Below are positions 33,861-54,925 of a stretch of 64,000 nt of DNA, piece by piece. Positions within the stretch are counted from its first letter, which is position 1; each line of letters begins with the position of its first letter. The stretch lies in assembly GCF_009914755.1 (NCBI RefSeq), contig NC_060933.1. One strand, given 5' to 3'. The stretch is from the human T2T-CHM13v2.0 reference genome, Homo sapiens. The position numbers and the translations under genes are program-made. Below the pieces are notes generated by a model. It was not told the origin of the DNA. It ran no database searches and saw only the letters and a program-made list of their open reading frames with translations.

Positions 33861-34179
33861 GGTGTTAGAGAACTTGTGTGTTCAACCGAAACATTATGAA
33901 AACAGGGAAAGCCCCCAAGATACCTGTCATTCCCGATGATGTCAGATTCAGCAACCAGAGAGTCCACTGTGGGATAGGGGTAACACTGGAACCTTGATTA
34001 TATGGTGGGAATCCTCAGTGATTTTCCCTCTTCCAAGATATATTTGGAGGCCAGAATTTCCAGTCTTTGCTAATTCTGATACCCAGTTCTACAGTTTTAT
34101 CGCTACCACCACCACATACATTTCGTCATTGGTATCATTTTAAATTTTAGCATTTCCTAGGAATTCATGTGATGATGTC

Positions 34180-34488
34180 TTTTTTTTTTTTTTTTTTTTT
34201 TTTCTGAGACAGAGTCTCGCTCTGTTGCCCAGGCAGGAGTGTGGTGGCGCGATCTTGGCTCACTGCAAACTCTGCCTCCCAGGTTCACGCCATTCTCCTG
34301 CCTCAGCCTCCTGAGTAGCTAGGACTACAGGCGTCCGCCACCATGCCCAGCCAATTTTTTTTTATATTTTTAGTAGGGACGGGGTTTCACCGTGTTAGCC
34401 AGGATGGTCTCAATCTCCTGACCTTGTGATCCACCCGTTTCGGCCTCCCAAAATGTTGGGATTACAGGCGTGAGCCACCGCGCCTGGC
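34180..34488 (-). mobile_element. Alu (Y-like)
   Basis: TSD GATGATGTCTT. Confidence 0.94.
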
Positions 34489-35713
34489 CGATGATGTCTT
34501 GTTTAAAACTTGATATTGTCTTATCATTTGTGTGTGTTACACTCAGAGTAAGAGATGGACATGCAGGACTATATATTTCCCATAAATGCAAAGTGGCTTG
34601 ACATTTAAAATAAGTATCCTCAAACCCTGTTAAGTATTTACTAACCACATATTTTTCTAAACCATATTTTAAAATGCTCACTCGAACTTCCAGGACATCA
34701 TTGGCCCTTACCCTGACTCTCCAAATGACTCTCTGGAAGTCTCTCCTTGTGCCTTCATCCTTTCAGAGCTAATGGGTATCCCCTCCAAGGAACGTTGTGT
34801 GGCCTCATCAGCAAAAAGGCGACATACCTGTGGTTTGGTACAGGGTGAACTGAGCCAGGAATCTGGGGAGCAATCCTTTATTCCCATCATTGCCAGTCAC
34901 TCTGGGATCTTAAGCTAATCAAATCCTCCCTGCGCTTTAATTTATACCCGTGCAAAATGGAAAACACAGTACTGTAACGGTGCTCTGAACACGCACAGAC
35001 AAATCAGATGGAAACAAAACATTTAGGGTATTTGATTTGCTTCGAATTCGAAGACATGACCTGGAAACATCCTGTCACAGAGACTAGGAATTCTTAAGGG
35101 AGCCTAACATCAAATAGGATGGAGAGAATTTTGGTTCTAGTTTATTTTGGATATGGGCATGTAGATCTGGCCATTGACTCTTCCTTTGGAGGGCTATGAT
35201 GAAAAGAATATTGAAAAAGAGCTAACCAGAGGCTAAATTGCAAGAATTTCCCATGCAGAAAGGCTTAACATTCACCTATTCATGCCCATAAAACCACATT
35301 AAAATATAAGAGAATCTGATGTTGCTTAAACTCTCTTTTAACTAGCTTGGCTCCAGAATGGAAGATTCTATTTCAAGAAAGTCTATCAAATTCTGACTTT
35401 AAATAGGCCATTGTTCTCCCCATAAGGGGCAATGATAATGTGATTGTTTACAAAGTATTGGGAAGATAAGCATAGTAAGGTAGGGTAAGAGAAGACCCAT
35501 CAACAAAACCCAAATAAAGACTTGTGGCAAGTCTAAGGAAATGAGACTGTTCTTCTGGTGGGAAGAATAAGTAGGAAGTGGTATTTGAGATGGGCTTAGA
35601 AAGAGGGCCTAGATTACAGGTAGAAAACATGCATGTGCAAAGAAAGAACATGCATGAAGCAAGGAATATTTGTCTGGGATGAAGGAAAGACAAATAGTAT
35701 GTGGTAAGAGCAG

Positions 35714-36240
<527 letters not shown>

Positions 36241-36383
36241 TGGAGTAGGTCCTACAGGGCTCTGAAGAAACTTGCCATATTTGGCCATGATGTAGAAGCA
36301 CGTTTTCCAAACTTTAGGTTTGAAAACCAATTTAGTGAGCCCCATCACATATTTTTTGTTTTAATTTTAAAATATCAGAATGC

Positions 36384-36680
36384 AGCCAGGTATGGTAGCA
36401 GGCACCTGTAGTCCCAGCTACTTGGGAGGCTGAGGCAGGAAGATCACTTGAGCCCAGGAGTTCAAATCCACCTTGAGCAACACAGTGGGACCTTGCCTCT
36501 AAAATATAATACATATATATAATATGTTTTTTATTATGTATAGTAAATATATCGATATATTAACGTATTGATATATATTAAATACACTAATTAATACATT
36601 ATATATTACATGTTATATTACTATATTAAATATGTTATATTAATACATTATATGTTAAATATGTTATATTAATATATATA
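36384..36680 (+). mobile_element. Alu monomer followed by an AT-rich low-complexity tail
   Basis: Single Alu arm, then degenerate (TA)-rich sequence. Confidence 0.75.
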
Positions 36681-36681
36681 G

Positions 36682-37011
<330 letters not shown>

Positions 37012-37134
37012 ATGGTAGGAACTTTCTGTGAAGGATTTGTTTCTATTGTTTGGGCGTGTGTTTATATATATGTTTGTGTTCTGAGTCACAATATAAAATT
37101 AACATTTTACTGATTTTTTGTGTCAGAAAAAGAT

Positions 37135-37477
37135 AGTATCTTAGTCTGTTTTCTGCTGCTTAACAGAATACCACAGACTGGATAATTTATAGAGAAAAGA
37201 GATTTATTTGGCTCATGGTTCTAGAGGCTGGGAACCCAAGACCATGGCACTGGCATCTGGCCAGGGTCACCCTGTGGTTGAAGGACAGAAGGCAGAAGTG
37301 AGCATGCAAGACAAAGAAAAGGGGTCCGAACTCCTGAGATAAATAACCCACTCCTATGATAATGGCAGAGCCCTTATGACTCAGTAACCTCTCAAAGCCC
37401 TGCCTCTCAACACCACCACAACAGCAACCAAGTTTCCAACACTGGAACTTTTGGGGGATGCATTGAAACCATAGCAT
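37135..37477 (-). mobile_element. MaLR solo LTR (MST-like)
   Basis: TCTTAGTCTGTTTTCTGCTGC..AACAGAATACCACAGACTGG...AAACCATAGCA. Confidence 0.8.
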
Positions 37478-37965
37478 ATGGGAAGATCCTGAATTATAGA
37501 AAACGATTGTATTTATTTAAGTTGGCAATGGGGAGCTTTTGAAGGTTTTGAGGTAGGGGGTGACATGATCAGATTTACACTGTTAAAAATTATTCAGGCA
37601 GCAATGTATACAGTAGTTTAAAATGAAGAAAAATAAAAATGAAGAGTTAATGAAAACCTATATTCATTACCAATTTTGAAGCAGCAGACTAATTAAAATA
37701 TACTTAAATCCTAAAATTATTCGTAGTTACCATCATTAACATTTTTCTCTGTCAGGCTGGAGGGCTCATCAGGATTCAGCAGGCCTTCCCATTATTATGA
37801 ACATCCATTATTACTGAGCTTCTATCAGCTCACAGGTTGTGATTAAGTGATATACCTCATTGTATGAATCCTAGAGGGGAAAAATAAGAGGAAATAACTA
37901 GAGATGTTTCATAGGCAATGCAAAAAGTGGGTTTTGATCCAGAGTAATCATTAAATTGTGGACAA

Positions 37966-39650
<1,685 letters not shown>

Positions 39651-39894
39651 AGAAGACAATATTGATGTTAGGGTATATGCCTTAAACTGGCAGTTTAAGG
39701 CCCCAGACCTGATTTTGACCCTTACCTGCTGCATGACACTAGGCAAGTTATATAGGACATTTGAGCCGCTAGGTCATCACCAGGGAAATTACTGTAATAA
39801 AACTTAACCCACTATTGTATAAACCCAGAGTATGTTACAGGGTTTTTTCTACTTTAAGGCATTGTAGAAAAGCAACTTGTAATAACAGATACTA

Positions 39895-40430
39895 ACGTAA
39901 ATAACAGCCATTTGATAATACCTGATGAAGGGTGTGAGGAACAGGCATACTCACACATTACTGTTATAAGTGTAAATTGGTTTAGCAGCTAGAGAAATCC
40001 ATTTGGCAATATTTATCAAAATTGGAAATGCATATATCCTTTGAGCTTCTAGGAAATTCCAGATACACTTCCACTTGAGGAAAGCGACATAGTAATCCAC
40101 TGTAGCTTTGTTTAAATAGCAAAAGACAGAAAAACAATCTAAGCGTCCATTCAATAGGATACTGAATAAATAAGTGATGGCACATGGAATACCACGGAAT
40201 ACTATGCAGCTCTAAAAGAGAATGCAAATCTCTTTAGATATTGAATGGAGTAAGATATAATAAGGAAAAAAAGCAAGGTGAAAAACAGCATATGTAGTAT
40301 GCTACCTTTTGTGTAAAAAAGGAGAGAAAGGGAATATCTCTATGTATTTGCACATATGTGGATAAAATATTTCTCGAACATAGAGGAAAATGATAACACT
40401 AATTTTCAGAGAGGGAGATATGAGTGAGAG
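39895..40430 (+). mobile_element. Ancient L1 (L1ME-like) fragment
   Basis: TTGGCAATATTTATCAAAATT..AATGCATATATCCTTTGA..GGAATACTATGCAGC. Confidence 0.7.
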
Positions 40431-40438
40431 TGAGACCG

Positions 40439-41160
<722 letters not shown>

Positions 41161-41270
41161 TCATCTGTAGCAATGAAATAGGAATTCTGAAATGCAAAAA
41201 CAACCACTGTGAAGGACTAGTTTTTACATAGCAAGTGTAGTAGCTTGCAAAGCATGGAACAAAACCCACC

Positions 41271-41891
41271 TGTAAGGCCAGAGGAAAGTTTCCTCTCTGC
41301 CCTCTAAAGGTTCCTTGAAATAAAACTGACAATAGGCAGATTAATAGAGAAAAAGGCCTACAAATTTATGTAATGTGCATAAGCATGGGGAATCACAGGA
41401 GAACGATACCCAGTAACCAAATAGGTTCCAGATGCTTATGTACCCTTTTTCATAGAGGAAAGGGAGAAGGGGCAAATGTGGTTATTTTGAGGGGGTAGTA
41501 AATGATTTTCAGGTAGAATGAATGGGCCCAATGATCAGAGAATGGTTAGTATATAGTTACCTGGGAAATGAATGGGAGCTCAAAATAGACAAAGTTCCTC
41601 TTTGTTCCAGGTGTAGTGTTAAATCATCAGTCTGTTCCTCTCTGATATGAATTTTCATCTCTGGTTTGTGAAATTTCAGGGGGAGGATTAAAGGCAACTG
41701 TGTTATTCTTTGGCGGGTCTGTTTTTTTGGTAGATAAGGGAATTTCAGAGAACAGCCTCATCCTGTGCTTTGGAAGAGGCAGAGGATTGAGGGGTGATGT
41801 GGTGGGGTGGTCAGAGACACCTTAAGGCTGCGTCTTTAGTTCGACATGTCAAAATGCCGCATTTTGGGGTATCCTTTCCTGAGCCCCAACA
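41271..41891 (-). mobile_element. ERV1-class solo LTR (MER39/MER34-group-like; subfamily uncertain)
   Basis: The minus strand starts TGTTGGGGCTCAGGAAAGGATACCCCAAAA; TG...CA termini. Confidence 0.65.
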
Positions 41892-42690
<799 letters not shown>

Positions 42691-44015
42691 ATTAGTAAGG
42701 TACTTTTATTTTTATCTAGCACAAATTGTAACCTGAGCCAGGGTAGGTTCCTTGTTTGTTTTATGCTGTCACTGGTATCTCTACCACTGTGCCTATTACA
42801 GTCCACCACACATACTGTAGGCACTCAATAAATACTTGTTAACTAGTCCCAACACACATATTAGCCTTTGGGTATATTTATATTTCTAAATGTACTAATT
42901 TACTAATTTGCAAACTGCTGAAAATCAACGTAATTATCATCAACAATTTGCATCGCTCTCATATCACAAGTGAAACAATAGAACATGTAATTGGGATATT
43001 ACTCCCTGGCTGCAGTGGATTATAACAACGGTCATGATAATGCCGGTAAGATTATACAGCAAGCTATCCCTCAAACGTAGGTTAATAAATGAACCAGTGG
43101 ACTTCTGCAAGTGAAACCCTAAGACGATTTTTTTAATTGCCACTAAAATTGTACTGGGTAGGGTCGTAATAAACAGATCAATGAATCTTGGCAATGGACC
43201 ACACATCCTTCTACTGATAAACTAATGATGGCTTGCAACTTGTTTACATAGCTGTCTCACTTAATACCAAGATCACAAAAACTGATCCAAGTTAACAACA
43301 ATAAATATGCTGCTTGGGAAGGAAAGCAAAAGCAAATAAGGAAACAGGAAAATATTAGTATAAAATCAGTTATCTCCATGGTAAGGAGCTTCACAGACGC
43401 TAGTTCACTCATTCAAGCTATCATTACCACTTTGATGTCAAATCAGAAGACACTTGGCATGTCAACAAATGTGATTCCAGTAATGGACCACTAATGTGCT
43501 TGATCAGCAGAGGGTATGCTGCCACTAAAAACACACCAGTCTGAACTGCAAACTATGTATACATGTGTCTATTCCAAGAGGCTTTCAGATGTATTGCCTC
43601 TCATTATTATTCTCAGAATCTTCGGGAAACTAGGTACGAGATTTTGGACAGGTCTGTGTGATCCAGGGAGTCAGTATTGGAGCAGAGACTAAAATGAGTC
43701 GTCCACATTCGGATTGTATACGGCAAGATGCTGCTAGTAAGAGAATTCTTACAGAGCACAGTTAGAGGTAAAGAAAGAGAATCAACTATCCCACATGGTT
43801 TTCCTTCATTTCAGGGGTACAGCCTCAGCCAACTCACCCATCCTAGAAGAAACTCATATATGGTGTGACTGGCATGTGGAGTACCGAGAACATTAATAAG
43901 AAATAAATTCATTTGTCATAAGCTGGTTACCTTGAGGATGCAAGTTCTCCAAGGACTCATGGAACCTTCTGCTCATCTGGCAGGTAAAGCATGTCCTCAG
44001 AAAACTGGTCATCAG

Positions 44016-44318
44016 GGCTGGGCGTGGTGACTCAAGCCTGTAATCCGAGCACTTCGGGAGGCTGAGGCGGGTGGGATCACCTGAGGTCGGGAGTTCGAGA
44101 CCAGCCTGGCCAACATGACGAAACCCCATCTCTACAAAAAATACAAAAATTAGCCAGGCGTGGTGACAGACACCTGTAATCCCAGCTACTTGGGAGGTTG
44201 AGGCAGCAGAATCACTTGAACCCAGAGGCAGAGGTTATAGTGAGCTGAGATCACGCCATTGCACTCTAGCCTGGGCGACAGAGCGAGACTCTGTGTCAAA
44301 AGAAAAGAAAAGAAAAAA
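44016..44318 (+). mobile_element. Alu (S)
   Basis: TSD AAAACTGGTCATCAG. Confidence 0.94.
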
Positions 44319-44522
44319 CTGGTCATCAGTCACCCCTCTGGGATGAACCAACTTTAAGGTGCAAGACTGGAATGAATTGAACCATAAAAACCCTTCAAGC
44401 CCCCTGTGTGAGGACCTCAAACTTGCAATAAAAAACCCAAGTGCTGGATCTGCTGCTTTTGTCTACAAACGGAGATGCCAACCAATAACTGAATGCTTCA
44501 GAGTCAGATTTCCATAGACCAG

Positions 44523-44834
44523 TTTTCTTTTCTTTTCTTTTCTTTTTTTCCTAAGATGCACTCTTGCTCTGGTGCCCAGGCTGGAGTGCAGTGGTGCGAT
44601 CTCAGCTTAGTGCAACCTCCACCTCCGGGTTCAAACGATTCTGCTGCCTCAGCCTCCTGAGTAGCTCGAATTACAGGCGCCTGCCACCACGCCTGGCTAA
44701 TTTTTGTATTTTTAGTAGAGATGGGGTTTTGCCATGTTGGCCAGGCTGGTCTCGAACTCCTGACCTCAGGTGATCCCACCCTCCTCGGCCTCCCAAAGTG
44801 CTGGGATTATAGGCGTGAGCCACCACACCCAGCC
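44523..44834 (-). mobile_element. Alu (S)
   Basis: TSD CCATAGACCAGTTTT. Confidence 0.94.
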
Positions 44835-44982
44835 CATAGACCAGTTTTTAATTACCTGCCTTTACCTCACAACCTCTCCCTCCCCATTTCAGTCTCACCC
44901 TAGTGAAAGACATTATACCCCCACACAGCTTCTGTTTCTTATCTCCTCTGGGAGAGCCGCAGGACACATGCTTGTAGAATAA

Positions 44983-45340
<358 letters not shown>

Positions 45341-45715
45341 AGAAATTCTAAATGAAGAAAGCCATCCCTTTTCCTGGGGTCTCTTAAATTTCCTACGTTT
45401 TGAGTGTTAAGACATGAGAGGTGCTTTTGGGAACTCGGAGCTGCCTTTCACTCCAGAGAATATGATTTTCGAATTCTGTAATTTTAAAACTTTATAATTA
45501 AAAAGTAAATGCACTCTGGGTTTTAAAGTGAAAATCTCATAGAATTGGGTAATGTAGAACATAAGTCACTTTCATCCATACTACACCCCTTGGCTCCTGT
45601 TCATATCGTAGTGCAGTGCGTATTCCTGACTCTGGAGAATACCCAGAGGAAGGAATCTAGAACCTAACATGACTGGGGCTGGCTAGAAGCTTAGAGGAAG
45701 AAGGTGCAGGCTAAC

Positions 45716-46069
45716 TGTATTAGTCCTTTCTCCTGCTTCTAATAAAGACATACTGGAGACTGAGTAATTTACAAGGAAAGAAGTTTAATAAAGTCACCAT
45801 TCCACATGGCTGGGGAGGCCTCACACTCCTGGTAAAAGATGAAGGAAGGGCAAAGGCATGTCTTACATGGTGGCAGGCAAGAGAGCTCATGCAGGGGAAT
45901 TCCCATTTATAAAACCATCAGATCTTGTGAGACTTATTCACTACCATGAGAAAACTATGGGGAAAACCGCCCCCATGATTCAGTTATCTCCACCTGGCCC
46001 CACCCTTGACACATGAGGATTATTACAATTCAAGGTGAGATCTGGGTGGGACACAACCAAACCATATCA
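45716..46069 (-). mobile_element. THE1 (MaLR) solo LTR
   Basis: TGTATTAGTC..AATAAAGACATA...CAAACCATATCA is the reverse complement of the THE1 consensus. Confidence 0.88.
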
Positions 46070-46080
46070 GTTTCCATGCC

Positions 46081-46335
<255 letters not shown>

Positions 46336-48388
46336 TAAAAATCCTATTCAGTAATAGATACCTGGGATGGTGGTTGGCAAGCCCCTTGATGAAAGGAAAT
46401 CCTCAACCACTTAAATGGATATTATCTTCATTAACTCTGACGCATGTGACAGTAACTGGAAAATATGCTTTCCTCTCTATCCAAAGTCCCTGCTGAAACC
46501 CTTATTTCTTCCATTCAGTTTTTGCATCCACTTACTGTTCATACCATTCATTTTAGCCTGCAGAGACACTAACCTGTTGCCTTACATACATTGACACTCA
46601 AATCTTTATCAGATGAACGGATGGCAAAAACCCTTCACTGGGTTCAGGAAATGTGGCTTAAAATGAAACTGATAAAAATATCAGACTCAGGGTTAGAAAT
46701 CTTCAACAGTGCATTGAGTGCGTTAAATAGTGGAGCCTTACAGCAAGAGAGACTCACATTTGAAACAGAAGTTACTTAATGATGCTTAGAGGAATTCACG
46801 TCTGCTTATTTACTATAACAGGAAGATAAAATTATTCATTAAATGTCTTCTGAGAGGTTGTTGAGTATGGGGAACGTATCTTTTCTGCCCTGTGTCCCTC
46901 AGCACTGAGCATACTGCCTAGCACATAATTGGTACTCAATAAATGCCGGTTGAATTATTGAGTGACCAAAGAAAGACTCCATCGAAATGAATGCCTGGGA
47001 ATAACTGAGAAATTCTTCAAATATTGTGTAGAATACAGCAATATCTCAAATTTCAGAGCTAAAATAGTTTCTGTAATGGTATAAATTTGGGAAGTATGGT
47101 CAGTATCTGAGAGAAAAAAATAAAGTAATTGTTGTTTTAATTCTTATGTGGTAAAATATGTTCTTTAAAAAAGCTAGTAAATTTCCATTTTATGCTTGTG
47201 ATAGAGCTTGAAGAAGAATAAAGATGAGTGATAAGAATGAGCTTTTGTTTTTTTAAACAAGTAGGCTGTTTAAAAATTAACAGGTTTTTTTATTAGAGTG
47301 CTAGTTAAATTTTTTAAAATCTCCATTGTCTGCCCTTTTTATTTCAAGAGGAGGAATAACTAAGACCAAGAGATTTTAGCATGATTTGGGGTCATCATGT
47401 TCATCTTGAGCCCTTTTGGGGAAAACATCCACAAAATAAATTTGCAGTTCTCTGGCTTTTGACTCTTAAGCTACAAACAAATAAAATTTAGAGACTAATA
47501 TGTCTCTCAGAAAAGGTAATTTAATTATTTTCTTCTTATACCTTTATATTTGTAAACTCTACTAGCATTATGGCATCAATGGAACATTTTTATATGAAAA
47601 CAATGGAAATGTTTCCTTATATTGACAAGTCGTTGTTCAGAATGAAAAGCAGTGTCTGTTCTCAATTTTCAAGTCTTGAAGTGTTGATAAACACAGGAAT
47701 GCTTGAGCCAAGACCCATCCCTACCAGAGCCTATTTGTTTCACTGAGAGGAAACAAGATACACAAAAGGAAACATTAAAACCTTACACTACGAGTCAGCT
47801 ATGAATAGAATCTAATAGTGGCTCCCTGTTGCCCTGGAAAGAGAGGTTGCCTAAACACAACCTGGGTTTAAATGCAGATTCTTCTATCCACCAGCTACAT
47901 AACTTTCTCAAAGTTATGTGACCTCTGCAATGTGGAATCCTCCTCAGGAAAATGGCTTTAAGAACACTGGCTTCCTGAGGTTGAAATTATTAAATTTAAC
48001 AAAGGAAAAGTATCTTTAAAAAAAAAAGAAGTAGCTAACACACATTGAGTGCTGTATGCTCTTGTATGATGCTGTGGACATTTCACTTACTGTTATAACA
48101 TACATTTTCAGAGAAGGCATTGAGACTTAGAGAGGTTTGAGGGCACACAGTGGTTTGAGGGCACACAGTGACCTGAGATCTGTCTGAATCCAGGACATAT
48201 CTTTAACCACCACATTTTATGCCAACAGTTTCCCCTCTAGTAAGAGAAATAAGAATAACATAAATAATAATCTACCTTAAAATACAGCAAGTGCCATAAA
48301 AGAAGTCAAAAAGGGAAAATGGAAGAATGGAGAGATTATTTCCAGCTTGTGGATCTTTATGACAAAGCTCTTGATAAGAACTGAGTTT

Positions 48389-48777
<389 letters not shown>

Positions 48778-48913
48778 CTAAGTGGTAATCTGGGGAAAAG
48801 CCTACACATTGCCATTCCTAATGGCTCCTCATGACAATTTTTCATCCCTAATGGCATAAAAATCCAGTTTAAATCAGTGACTCAACTTCAAAACCCTGAA
48901 TAAAGATTCTTAA

Positions 48914-49638
<725 letters not shown>

Positions 49639-50145
49639 TCAGGAATACTCCAGGTTGACTCCTGGTTTCCGGGCCAGCCCAACAACCTGGCTGTATCTCC
49701 CTATTTCAATTTTTGGTCCTCTGACTCATTCCCTTAGCCCTTCTTTCTGCTACAAGTTTGGTTAATTCTGATAAAAGTAATAATGCCCAATACTGTACCC
49801 ATATGTTAGCTTTTAAATTGTGGCCTTCCAAGTGAAGTTAGTAATGGGAAATGATTTGTCATCAAAGGCGTTGCATAATCTCACAAATGTATCATGTAGG
49901 CAGCTATTTGCCCCATAATCACATGACCAATCTTCATCACCAAAGACACAGATTCTACCCCCAAGCAATATAATTAATCTATACAACATTGGTTACTATT
50001 GTTTTGCTTCAAATAGGTTATGACAGATCCTGACATCTGTCCTTCTCAAAGGATAAACTCAGCATTCTCTAATCTCAAGAATGGAACCACTTTGACATGT
50101 ACTTTTTACTCCATTACGCTATAAGCTCCCCGAGAGCAAGGACCC

Positions 50146-50148
50146 TAT

Positions 50149-50179
<31 letters not shown>

Positions 50180-50443
50180 TTTTAATACTTTTTTATTATA
50201 CTTTAAGTTCTAGGGTACATGTGCACAACGTGCAGGTTTGTTACATATGTATACATGTGCCATGTTGGTGTGCTGCACCCATTAACTCGTCATTTACATT
50301 AGGTGTATCTCCTAATGCCATCCCTCCCCTCTTCCCCCCACCCCACAACAGGCCCCGGTGTGTGATGTTGCCCTTCCTGTGTCCAAGTGTTCTCATTGTT
50401 CAACTCCCATCTATGAGTGAGAACATGTGGTGTTTGGTTTTTT
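50146..50443 (-). mobile_element. 5'-truncated L1PA (primate-specific) 3' end, inserted in an L2 remnant
   Basis: TTATACTTTAAGTTCTAGGGTACATGTGCACAACGTGCAGG, a (TTTA)n tail, and TSD GCAAGGACMCTATTT. Confidence 0.93.
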
Positions 50444-50681
50444 GCAAGGACACTATTTCTTATTCTAATATTTCTAGCGCTCAGGATGACTGAGTAGCCA
50501 TTGTAGATACTCAAAAAATGAATGTTGAATGAATAAATCTGCTTATCAAGTTTCCTTAGACCTATATACTTCTGTGCTTTTACCCTATGTGCAATAACAG
50601 AAATAAGAAAATGGGAAGGCTCTCAGATATCTCCTAGGTCTATTTTCTTTCAAACAGGTGTGTTTACCCATAGGCACTTAA

Positions 50682-51536
<855 letters not shown>

Positions 51537-51614
51537 TCAATACTTTTATATATTATTTTTTCTTTTTAGAGTGGAAGCTCTATTATTGACCGAGACAATG
51601 GGGATTACCATCTA

Positions 51615-51980
51615 TGGCAGAGACACAGCTCATTGCCCACCAAAGATTTGTGTAACCCACTTCCATGGTGTAGAGTTCTCAGTGACTAGACAGGTCAGTG
51701 ACCACATTTACCAACCCTTTATATCTAGGTGGAAATGTGACCCCACCCGTTAAGAAGTGTGCTCTCAACCCTCTCTTTCCCTATCTGTGGACTCATCATC
51801 AAGGAATCTGAAGCCCTACAAGATGGTGGAGGCACAAGATAGAAGGACCCTTGTCCCACAGTTACCATATAGAGGGAAAAGTCAGCAGTCAACTCTTCTG
51901 TTACGTAAGCAAGACATACATTTTTATTGCACGCGGCCACTAAAGTTGGTGAGTTTATCTGTCATGGCAGTTAATGTGAT
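51615..51980 (+). mobile_element. Old MLT1-like LTR remnant
   Basis: AAGATGGTGGAGGCACAAGATAGAAGGACCC...CTGTTACGTAAGCAAGA..GCCACTAAAG. Confidence 0.5.
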
Positions 51981-53149
51981 TCATGTGTGATGTTTTTCTT
52001 TCACCCAATCTCTGTTGGAGGTGCAGGAACAATTCTGACACTTTGTCTAAGGCACATCGTTATTAGCTCCATGACCAAAAATGAAATGTGGAATTAGGGT
52101 GTCAGGTTGTCCGTGTTCAGGTCTCAGGAGACAAGTTAGAGGGCATGTCTGAATGCTGACAAAGGTATGCTGTGAGCCAAGGGTGACAGAGGAGGCCAGG
52201 AGCCAACAAGGGGGAAGGCAATTGCTAGGGTGTGAGGCAGAAAAAGAGCAGAAGCTGTTGTCTAACAGTGTATGTTTTAGATTCCAGATTTTAGAGGGAG
52301 GGTTCTAAACTAAAGGAAGAGATTGAAGACTGGCCTTCAGACTTGTAGCTGGAACAGAGTGAGCATTCTGAGTATAGACTGGCAGTGCACCTGAGGCTGT
52401 CCAACAGAGTCTGGCCGCAGAAAGAGCAGGAAACCAGGCAGGTGGGACACTAAACCCCTGAGAGCCAACTGGGATATAGAATCCCAGAGACCTGAAGGGT
52501 ATGGAGAAACTCCAGGTAACTAAGAGCCTTGATCAAAAAAGGCCCATATGGCTGACCTTTTTCGTTATGGTATTTAGGGATCTGTTATTTGATAATGCCA
52601 TTGAAACACCAGGCTCTGGCTTCAGCCCTTGAGCACAGTCAATAGAAAATGATTTCTACACATCTCTGGAGTGAGAGCCACAGGCATGATGTTTGGTGGA
52701 CCTTTATTGGCTCTAGAAAGGGAAGAGCAGTCTTCTCCTGGTTACTTATTGCAAATATGCGGGACGGCCCTGGGACCTGGGGCAAAGACTGACACAGATG
52801 CCCTGCCGTTTGGATGAATAGCTGTCTTAGCCAGCTCCATAAGACCAATCATTCTACAGCTGACTGTGCACTAGGAGCAAATTAGAACGAAACTGAAAAC
52901 TGATAGGTCTAGTGTTTTACCTCACCTGCATCTATAGCAAAGCTATATGGCTGCAACCCCAAAGAACTGGTTACAGTTCTGAAGATTGAAATGAACATTA
53001 CTGTATAAAATATTTTCTATTCCTCTGTTTACTACATATGAATGTATGTAGTAAAAGATTTGGGAAGGTGAAAGACAATAGTTATTACTGTGGTGTGGAA
53101 AAACTAATACTGAACTTCTCTGCCTGAGTTTTAGCCTCCTATTTGCCCA

Positions 53150-53513
<364 letters not shown>

Positions 53514-53565
53514 TCTTGCCCTTTTCTTACTCAGTGTCTGCCCCATTCCCATCCCATCCTAATGA

Positions 53566-53944
<379 letters not shown>

Positions 53945-54084
53945 TAATTCTTTACCCTCACTATGCAGTTGCGCATACTCAAAGCCAGCCAGCTACACAT
54001 TGAGCTGTCTGTTCTGATTCTCACTCTCCAGCCCCAGCCAGCTTCTGCAAAGGAGGGCAGCAATGTAGCTGGTCCTTTCCCCAC

Positions 54085-54925
54085 TAGGGTTGACAGATTT
54101 AAGCAAATAAAAATACAAGACAGGGGAAAGAGAGGAGATGATTAGGCAGAGAATGGAGAATTTTTAGAGCAATAGAAATACTCTGTACGATTTTGTAATG
54201 AAGGGTGCATATCATTATACATTTGTCCAAACCCATGGAATGTACAACACCAAGAGTTAACGCTAATGTAAACTATGGACTCTGGAAGATAATGATGTAT
54301 CAATGTAGGTTGTCAATTGTAACGAACCACTCTGATGGGGAATGTTGATCGTGGAGAAGGCATGTGTAGAGGCAGGGGACACATGGGAAGTCTGTGTACC
54401 TTCCTCTTAATTTTGCTGTGAACCTAAAACTATTCTAAAAAAAAAAAGTCTTAAAAATAAAGGATGGCCAATTAAATTTGAATCGCTTTCTTTCCCTGAG
54501 TGTGTGTGTGTGTGTTTGTGAGAGAGAGAGAGAGAGACAGGGTCTTGCTCTGTGCAGCGTCTTACTGCAGTCTTGAATTCCCTAGGCTTAAGCAATCCTC
54601 CCACGTCAGCCTCCCAGTAGCTGACTCTACAGGTGTGCACCACCACGCCTGGCTAATGTTTTGTATTTTTAGTAGAGATGGGGTTTCACCATGTTGCCCA
54701 GGCTGGTCTTGAACTGCTGGACTCAAGCAATTTACCTATCTTAGCCACCCAAAGTGCTGGATTTGCAGGTGTGTGCCACTGCACCCAGCTACATTTGCAG
54801 TTCATTAGACAATAAGTAATTCTTTAGTACATGTTGCATGGAACATATTTATAATACAAATGTATTTGTTGTTTATCTGAAATTCAAATTTAACTGGGTG
54901 TCCTGTATTTTATCTGGCAAACTTA
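54085..54925. mobile_element. MER53 MITE split by an L1M 3' end (~54122-54460, +) and an AluJ (~54520-54790, -)
   Basis: TAGGGTTGACAGATTTAAGCAAATAAAAATACA ... GTTTATCTGAAATTCAAATTTAACTGGGTGTCCTGTATTTTATCTGGCAA match the MER53 termini. Confidence 0.8.

Noticed and set aside
48133-48169. Direct duplication GGTTTGAGGGCACACAGT x2 (and similar micro-duplications in Alus at ~35895 and ~40705)
   Set aside because: Ordinary slippage duplications inside old repeats, with no sign of function.
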